DNA from: Candidatus Omnitrophota bacterium | GTDB lineage: Bacteria > Omnitrophota > Gorgyraeia > Zapsychrales > Zapsychraceae | Direction of reading: 5' to 3' | DNA length: 64,000 nt | NCBI GenBank assembly: GCA_020632515.1 | Contig: JACKFK010000007.1 | Span: forward strand, 13,323-77,322 | Shown: positions 58,176 through 64,000 of the stretch, in pieces | Position numbering within the stretch: the stretch's first letter is position 1 | Layout of the letters: each line of letters opens with the position of its first letter | Notes under the pieces: model-generated | Told to the model about the DNA's origin: nothing | The model's input: the letters and a program-made list of their open reading frames with translations, nothing else | Database searches by the model: none | Program-made: the position numbers and the translations under genes

Positions 58176-58659
58176 CCCCTAATTTCTCCAAACGTTTTAA
58201 GTCATCCAAATCAGCTAAGTCTTTAGGCCGTCCAGCCTTTTTCTTAAGTTTTTTTAGTTGATCAAGATCAATAATTGGAACTTTAATATTACCGACTTTT
58301 ACATTCCTTTTTAGAACCTTATGATAGTCCATAATTTGTCCAATTGAAACATCGACCATCTTACAATCATCTTACTTATTATAAAAAGATAAAACTTTCA
58401 TATTCTTATCTTTTATCCACGATTTTCGTACCTGAGGATCTTTAAATTGATCAACTGTTATCGGAACTTTGGGATAATAACCTATAGTTAATAAAGCTTT
58501 AAAAAATTTTTCAATATTATGAGACGATAAATCAATCATAATATTAATATCCATTGTTGACCTATGCACGCCATAGATAATTGCCGCCACACCTCCGAAA
58601 ACCACATAGTCAACTTTTGCTTTATTTAATGTTCTTAAAACATCTTCATAATAAAACAT
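58168..58659 (-). pseudogene. nucleotidyltransferase-fold protein interrupted by one in-frame TAA (58372-58374)
   Basis: N-terminal half: VDYVVFGGVAAIIYGVHRSTMDINIMID (G-G...D-x-D NTase motif). C-terminal half: ...IIDLDQLKKLKKKAGRPKDLADLDDL. The two track ORFs share one frame, reading ...SFYNK * DDCKMVDVSIG... Confidence 0.6.
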
Positions 58660-58723
58660 AACTTTTCAATTATACCTTGTCTACAGTAACTATGCAAATT
58701 CATCAAATCCAAACGCTCTACAG

Positions 58724-60064
58724 CTATTGAAACGAATAAATACTCCCCAAATTAAGGATTTGGGTTAGTTTATCCAAGGCTTGACGGGATTCGCACAGAA
58801 ATTCATAACTTTTTAAATCTTCAACATGAATTTCATCTCTGAAATATTTCTTAATCCATTCTTCAAGCAATCCAAAATGTAATTTTTCTAAAATAAAACT
58901 ATGGTGAATCTGATAATATTCTTCCTCCGTCAAAACAACACGCAACCGTAAACACGCTGGTCCGCCGCCGTTAGCCATGCTTTGCTGAAGATCAAAATAA
59001 TGAACATTCTTAACCGGATTATCACCTTCAATAACCCAGTTAATCACCTCTTTTGCCCTTGAATTTTCACATTGCAATGGCGCAATAAGAATCATTGACT
59101 GATCCGGCAAGGTAATCATTTGAGAATTAAATAAGAATGATTCCACCGCCTCATCCATGGTAAGCATTTCTTTTTTCACTTCAATAAGACATGCTGGCTT
59201 TGAACTAAACTGCGCATACTTTTCTTGAATTTCTTTCATTTTCTGTTCTTTATCCAAAAACGCTTCTTCATGATAAAGAAAAAAATTATCATTCGTCGTC
59301 GCGATTAAATCATTATGAAAAACACCCGCGTCAATGGCCTTTGGATTTTGCTGGAGAAAAACAAGCCTTGATTCGTCTAGTTGATGTGTGAGCGCGACAG
59401 CTTTAGAAGCTTCAAAAGTCTGACGCGCAGAAAATTTAGCTGGCATTGGACTTTGTTCATTTTCATAATGCCGGCCGTAAACAAACAGTTCAACACCTTG
59501 ATGTCCGGCCTGCGGCGTCAGACGCATATGATTGGCTGCGCCTTCATCACAAAGGCTTTCATGATTCGGCAGTCGAGGATGATGCACAAAATGCCGGCGT
59601 TCAAAAAATATCATCTTTAAAATCTTGGTTGTTTGGTCTGATTCTATCGCCCGATGGGCTTGGGAAATTAAATTTGCCGGCGTGATATGAACCCGCCGAT
59701 CCTGCGTATCCGCTGATGGAGAAATTGTGGCTGCATTCGCCGTCCACATAGATGACGCGCTTGAACACTGCAGCAGCAACTTAAAATCATTTTGCGCGAC
59801 TTTTTCCAAAATCTGTTGATCATCCCCCTCATATCCGGCCTTACGTAACGCGGGAAGATATGGACGTTCTTGCGGCGGAATAATTCCCTGCGGAATCCCC
59901 AACAGATGCAACTGCTTCATCTTTTCCAGCCCCTGCAGGGCTGCTTTTTTCGGATATGAAACTGCGTATTGATTTTTTGAAGACGGTAGATTACCCAACG
60001 CTAATCCACCAAAATTATGGGTTGGACCAATTAGACCGTCGAAATTTAATTCTTTTGATTTCAT
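58724..60064 (-). CDS. astB: N-succinylarginine dihydrolase
   Basis: ELNFDGLIGPTHNFGGLALGN at the N-terminus and GGGPACLRLRVVL near the C-terminus. Confidence 0.85.
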   Translation of the reverse strand: MKSKELNFDGLIGPTHNFGGLALGNLPSSKNQYAVSYPKKAALQGLEKMKQLHLLGIPQGIIPPQERPYLPALRKAGYEGDDQQILEKVAQNDFKLLLQCSSASSMWTANAATISPSADTQDRRVHITPANLISQAHRAIESDQTTKILKMIFFERRHFVHHPRLPNHESLCDEGAANHMRLTPQAGHQGVELFVYGRHYENEQSPMPAKFSARQTFEASKAVALTHQLDESRLVFLQQNPKAIDAGVFHNDLIATTNDNFFLYHEEAFLDKEQKMKEIQEKYAQFSSKPACLIEVKKEMLTMDEAVESFLFNSQMITLPDQSMILIAPLQCENSRAKEVINWVIEGDNPVKNVHYFDLQQSMANGGGPACLRLRVVLTEEEYYQIHHSFILEKLHFGLLEEWIKKYFRDEIHVEDLKSYEFLCESRQALDKLTQILNLGSIYSFQ

Positions 60065-60179
60065 AAAATGAAATAAAACTAATTACGTTCCTCGTGTCTC
60101 GTGACTTAAAAATTTTATTGAAGCACGAGAAACAAATCTCCAGATTTACTTCCTTCTTCTCACTGCTTTCTTTAATAAT

Positions 60180-60977
60180 TTACTTATTGTCCGTACTCTC
60201 AAAAATCTTATCCGCGGATTGGGCGACAAAACCTTGAAACAATTTCCCATTAGGTAAAGGATAGCGGCGGGCAAACTCATAATAACAAGCTGGCACTGTT
60301 TTCTTTGTATCAGCAAAATCAATTTCTACTGGGTGCGCCAATGTCGAGGATTGTTCCAAATATTCCTTGGCCGACCCCTTAATTAAACCGCCGGATTCAT
60401 TCATTTTAAAACCACTATCCTGCAGAAATTGATTGAATTCAGGAAAGTCTTTAAATGTTTTTAACGCGTTAAATAACACTGTAAAATGATTCGCGCGAAA
60501 ACCAAAAATCGCCATCCAAGCGGCATATTCACTTTCCTGTTTTAATTTTTCATAATCTGCAAAGGAAATACTATTCCATAATCTTCCGCTCACTGGAAAC
60601 ATAGAATCATTTATTTTATTTTCAGGAACCTGATCCACTAAATTCTCCACTGTCTTTTGTAATTCCGGCGAGAATTGTTCAGTCAACAATTCACTGATAA
60701 ACACTTTTGGATACTTATCATCACTATGCTCAAAATGTTTCGCGAATAATTTCTTTGCTTTAAACTCATATTCTCCTTTAACCTGATAACCTAATTTAAT
60801 AAAGTGCTGCGCAATCGCGTCAATACCAATCTTACGGATATTATAAGTCCGAAAAGCGATGTGATCATTTTCAACTTTTTCTCCCCGTTCCGTGAGCAAC
60901 CTATAAATCGCATCCGCCTGTTTATTAATTCCGGCATAATCGCTCCATAATTTTTGTAACAATTCATCAAGTGTCAT
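60180..60977 (-). CDS. DUF1338 (YdcJ/HglS-type metalloenzyme fold) family protein
   Basis: NDHIAFRT, FRANHFTV, EQSST, YYEFARR and FVAQSADKIFEST motifs. Confidence 0.7.
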   Translation of the reverse strand: MTLDELLQKLWSDYAGINKQADAIYRLLTERGEKVENDHIAFRTYNIRKIGIDAIAQHFIKLGYQVKGEYEFKAKKLFAKHFEHSDDKYPKVFISELLTEQFSPELQKTVENLVDQVPENKINDSMFPVSGRLWNSISFADYEKLKQESEYAAWMAIFGFRANHFTVLFNALKTFKDFPEFNQFLQDSGFKMNESGGLIKGSAKEYLEQSSTLAHPVEIDFADTKKTVPACYYEFARRYPLPNGKLFQGFVAQSADKIFESTDNK

Positions 60978-61059
60978 TGAACTCTCCTTTGAATAAAGTT
61001 ATATGGTCACAACAACAAATGTCCGAATCTTGAGTCACAATGTCGCAATATTAGATATT

Positions 61060-61083
61060 CGCTGACTTTGTGACTTTGTGACT
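61060..61083. repeat. three tandem copies of the same 8-bp unit found at 17914-17993
   Basis: gctgactt tgtgactt tgtgactt, in the same orientation. Lies between the astD stop and the DUF1338 gene. Confidence 0.85.
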
Positions 61084-61092
61084 TTAAATTAT

Positions 61093-62565
61093 TTAACTCA
61101 ATTTAATTCCCGGGGTCAACTTCTCCGGCAATGTTAATTTTTCATTCTCAATCGACGCCACCGGATACGCGCAATAGTCTGCCGCAAAATACGCACTTGG
61201 CTGATGATTGCCGCTGCGACCAACGCCACCAAACGGAGCTTGTGAACTCGCGCCGGTTAACGGTCTATTCCAATTAACAATTCCTGCCCTGCTCTGTTCA
61301 TAAAATTTCCTAAACTTATCCTTTTGATCCGTCAATATACCTGCCGATAAACCAAATACTGTATTATTCGCTTCATTCACAGCCTCTGTAAAATCCTTAA
61401 CCCGGATTACCTGTAAAAGCGGTCCAAAAATCTCTTCATCTTCCTTTTGCTTCACTCGCGTCACATCAATAATTCCTGGAGAAAGAAACGCCCCTCCTTC
61501 CTGCAATTTTTCAACCGCCAATAAAATCTTTCCTCCTTTTCTTTTCAATTGATTTTGATACTTCACAATGTCGTCCGCAGCTTTCTTTGAAATCACCGGC
61601 CCCATAAACGGTTCAGGCTGTTGATCATAAGAACCTACTTGAATTTTCGCGGTCATTTCTATTAAACATTTTATAAATTCATCTCCCTCTTCTCCTTTAA
61701 GAACAATTAACCGACGAGAACAAACACACCGCTGACCAGATGTAATAAAAGCGGATTGAATAGTCATATAAGCGGCGGCAACTAAGTCTTTCACATCATC
61801 GACTATCAAAGGATTATTCCCTCCCATCTCCAACGCTAAAATCTTCTCGGGATATCCGCCGAATACTTGGTGCAAAATCTTTCCAACCCGATAACTCCCA
61901 GTAAAAAGCAAACCATTAATATTCTGATGCGAAGACAAAATCTTTCCTGTCACTTTTCCGCCTTGTACCAAATTAATAACTCCTCGCGGCAACCCCGTTT
62001 TCTGCCAGCATTCAATATACTTTTGGGCGACTAAAGGCGTTTGTTCACTCGGCTTAAATACAATTGTATTTCCTGCTAACAGCGCCGGAATGATATGCCC
62101 GTTAGGCAGGTGCCCCGGAAGATTAAACGGACCAAAAACAGCCATAACCCCGTGCGCTTTAAATTGCGTTTTTCGGATTGCCCCGGCCATTTCTTTTTCA
62201 ACAAAACGGCAGCGTTCGTCATAAGCTTCGAATGAAATCGGAATTTTATTAATCATCGCTTCAACTTCCATACGGGATTCCCATAATGGTTTTCCGGTTT
62301 CCTGACTGATGGTTAAAGAAAGATTCTCTTTCTCATCTTTTAAGCATTGCGCAAAATGATTAATATACTCTTTCCGTCTTTCAATGGCTGTTACTGACCA
62401 TCCCCTATATGCTTTTTTGGCCGCTTCAACAGCCGCGTCCACGCCAACCGTCACAGCAGCTTTGCCTTGCCAAAGCACTTCATTTGTTGCAGGATTAAGC
62501 GAAGTAAACTCTTCACCCTTAGCAGTTTTCCAGACGCCATTAATAAACAAACTTTTGTTTTTCAT
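61093..62565 (-). CDS. astD: succinylglutamate-semialdehyde dehydrogenase
   Basis: Aldehyde dehydrogenase motifs (ALEMGGNNP, catalytic SGQRCVC); position in the ast operon. Confidence 0.85.
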   Translation of the reverse strand: MKNKSLFINGVWKTAKGEEFTSLNPATNEVLWQGKAAVTVGVDAAVEAAKKAYRGWSVTAIERRKEYINHFAQCLKDEKENLSLTISQETGKPLWESRMEVEAMINKIPISFEAYDERCRFVEKEMAGAIRKTQFKAHGVMAVFGPFNLPGHLPNGHIIPALLAGNTIVFKPSEQTPLVAQKYIECWQKTGLPRGVINLVQGGKVTGKILSSHQNINGLLFTGSYRVGKILHQVFGGYPEKILALEMGGNNPLIVDDVKDLVAAAYMTIQSAFITSGQRCVCSRRLIVLKGEEGDEFIKCLIEMTAKIQVGSYDQQPEPFMGPVISKKAADDIVKYQNQLKRKGGKILLAVEKLQEGGAFLSPGIIDVTRVKQKEDEEIFGPLLQVIRVKDFTEAVNEANNTVFGLSAGILTDQKDKFRKFYEQSRAGIVNWNRPLTGASSQAPFGGVGRSGNHQPSAYFAADYCAYPVASIENEKLTLPEKLTPGIKLS

Positions 62566-62567
62566 AT

Positions 62568-63590
62568 TTATTTCGGTGTCACAAAACGAACTTTATGCCC
62601 GATAGTTACTCCAAGGGCATCTGCAGTCATCTTTGTTAAACTGACACCTCCTTTTGGATTTATCACCAGCGGGGCCATTGTTACTTTAAAATCTTTAAAA
62701 TCATTCACATTAGCGATTAAATAAAGCTGCTCGTCTAAGCATTGATCAACAATCGCTTCAACAATTATTTCCTTACTGTCATGAATTGAACGCACCTTAT
62801 CAACCTTCGCGCCTAGCACAGGCCCTGCTTCGAAAATATCAATCTCATTGATAAACTGAAAACCTTCACTTTCTAATAAATGTCGTGCCGGTTCCGTATC
62901 ATTATGAACTTTTCCGATAACTTCTTGCGCAGATATTGGTAATAAAGGAATATACAACGGATGTTCAGGAATCAGCTCAGCGATAAACGTTTTATCTTCC
63001 ATCACCATCAAATCCGCTTTCTTAAACTCGATATCAAAAAAATGCTTACAAACCGCATTCCAAAATGGAGATTTATCATGTTCATCTAAAACACCGCGCA
63101 ATTCCGCAATCACTTGTTTTTCAAATCGATGTGGATACTGTGCCATAAATAAAAACCGGCTTAATGAAAGTAGTCGACCAGTTCCTTTCAGACGGACTTT
63201 CGGACTTAAAAAAAGAGTGCCAATCTCACTGGGGCCGTTATGAACTTTTAATAACTGCAAATATTTTATTTTCTTTTTAACATTAAGTTTCTTGGATTCT
63301 TTGATCGCGGTTTTAATTTTATAAGTATAAAAGGGCTGAAACCCTCCTACTTTTGAAACCACACCACAGGTTCCATAAATTTTATGATCTTCCAAGTTTT
63401 CCAAAACAAAAAGATAAACCTCTCCGTCGGGTTTAATGGCTTTTTTCTTAAATCCGATTAAAGATTCCTCAATTCGTTTTTCAAGAATTTTGCGGTCATG
63501 CGGCAAAGTGGTTAAACCTGCTTTAGCTTGAGAGGCCAGCGTCATCAATTGTTCAATGTCATTTTCCTGAATCGGTCGAACAACAAACAT
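62568..63590 (-). CDS. astA: arginine N-succinyltransferase
   Basis: MFVVRPIQENDIEQLMTLASQAKAGLTTLP...; typical AstA length of 340 aa and operon context. Confidence 0.85.
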   Translation of the reverse strand: MFVVRPIQENDIEQLMTLASQAKAGLTTLPHDRKILEKRIEESLIGFKKKAIKPDGEVYLFVLENLEDHKIYGTCGVVSKVGGFQPFYTYKIKTAIKESKKLNVKKKIKYLQLLKVHNGPSEIGTLFLSPKVRLKGTGRLLSLSRFLFMAQYPHRFEKQVIAELRGVLDEHDKSPFWNAVCKHFFDIEFKKADLMVMEDKTFIAELIPEHPLYIPLLPISAQEVIGKVHNDTEPARHLLESEGFQFINEIDIFEAGPVLGAKVDKVRSIHDSKEIIVEAIVDQCLDEQLYLIANVNDFKDFKVTMAPLVINPKGGVSLTKMTADALGVTIGHKVRFVTPK

Positions 63591-63591
63591 G

Positions 63592-64000
63592 TTAATCCTT
63601 ATTTAATTTTTCAATTACTGCGGAAATAATTCGGCTAACATGATCAATATCTTCTTTGGAAACACCAGCCATTGGCATGAGAAACCGCACCCGATATGGA
63701 TTTTTTCCAGCAAGAAAACATAACACTCCAGCTTCATACAATTCTTGAATAAAGATCTTCGTTGTTTCCAGATCCCCGTCGAAAACGGTCATTCCAATCA
63801 TCGCTCCCATACCAAAAGGGCCTTTAAGCTTCTTAGAAAATTTCTCCGCGATATTCTGCAACTTCACTCGAAAATAATTCGATAACTGTTCAATCTTTCC
63901 TGCCGGACCTAAATAACCACCGTTTTGAATTTCATCCAACGTGGCCAGACAAGCATATATCGCAGTTGTACTTCCGGTAAATGTTTGACTTAGAATCGCA
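63592..64000 (-). CDS. astC: succinylornithine/acetylornithine aminotransferase, C-terminal part (5' end off-window)
   Basis: The frame is open to the window edge (...AILSQTFTGSTTAIYACLATLDEI...). Class-III aminotransferase C-terminus; the track M at 63939 is an internal TTG. Confidence 0.75.
   Translation of the reverse strand, partial: AILSQTFTGSTTAIYACLATLDEIQNGGYLGPAGKIEQLSNYFRVKLQNIAEKFSKKLKGPFGMGAMIGMTVFDGDLETTKIFIQELYEAGVLCFLAGKNPYRVRFLMPMAGVSKEDIDHVSRIISAVIEKLNKD

Noticed and set aside
1-64000. Search for integrases, transposases, IS inverted repeats, prophage genes, tRNA or rRNA genes.
   Set aside because: None was recognised in any track ORF or intergenic region. The only T-arm-like GGTTCAATTCC element belongs to the tmRNA, so no mobile-element feature is called.

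Overview
This is an AT-rich, gene-dense bacterial chromosomal window with Gram-negative gene content; about 60 protein genes, nearly all on the minus strand, plus one tmRNA. I cannot assign a taxon from sequence alone.

Left to right:
- An ExbB-ExbD-TPR-vWA operon.
- Housekeeping and transport genes (EamA, LOG-family, GST, TetR, AI-2E).
- Two tandem PilT-type ATPases.
- A zinc-homeostasis cluster: zur with a 23-bp palindromic box, NUDIX, folE2, moaB-like, znuABC and hisI.
- An exported FKBP and a Ski2-like helicase.
- A co-oriented sensory block: hybrid histidine kinase, OprB-like porin, two tandem MCP paralogues, a retropepsin-like lipoprotein, and a 1288-aa chimeric protein carrying a UGPase-like domain and a receiver domain.
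- rsmJ, an HPF-like gene, ridA, an acyltransferase, and a split mnmC interrupted by slyD.
- Envelope and glycosyltransferase genes, then chrA.
- A RelE/RHH toxin-antitoxin pair.
- A marR-RND efflux operon, ssrA (tmRNA), and an astC-A-D-(DUF1338)-B arginine succinyltransferase operon.

Four things deserve a second look:
1. A retropepsin-like ORF is absent from the ORF track because it has no start codon. It lies in frame directly after the TAA of a small DUF5678-like gene.
2. A nucleotidyltransferase-fold gene near ssrA is also split by a single in-frame TAA.
3. The 1288-aa UGPase-receiver chimera.
4. An 8-bp tandem repeat (TGTGACTT) occurs at two intergenic loci.

I saw no CRISPR array, integrase, transposase or rRNA/tRNA gene. 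All family assignments come from reading motifs by eye and need HMM or BLAST confirmation.
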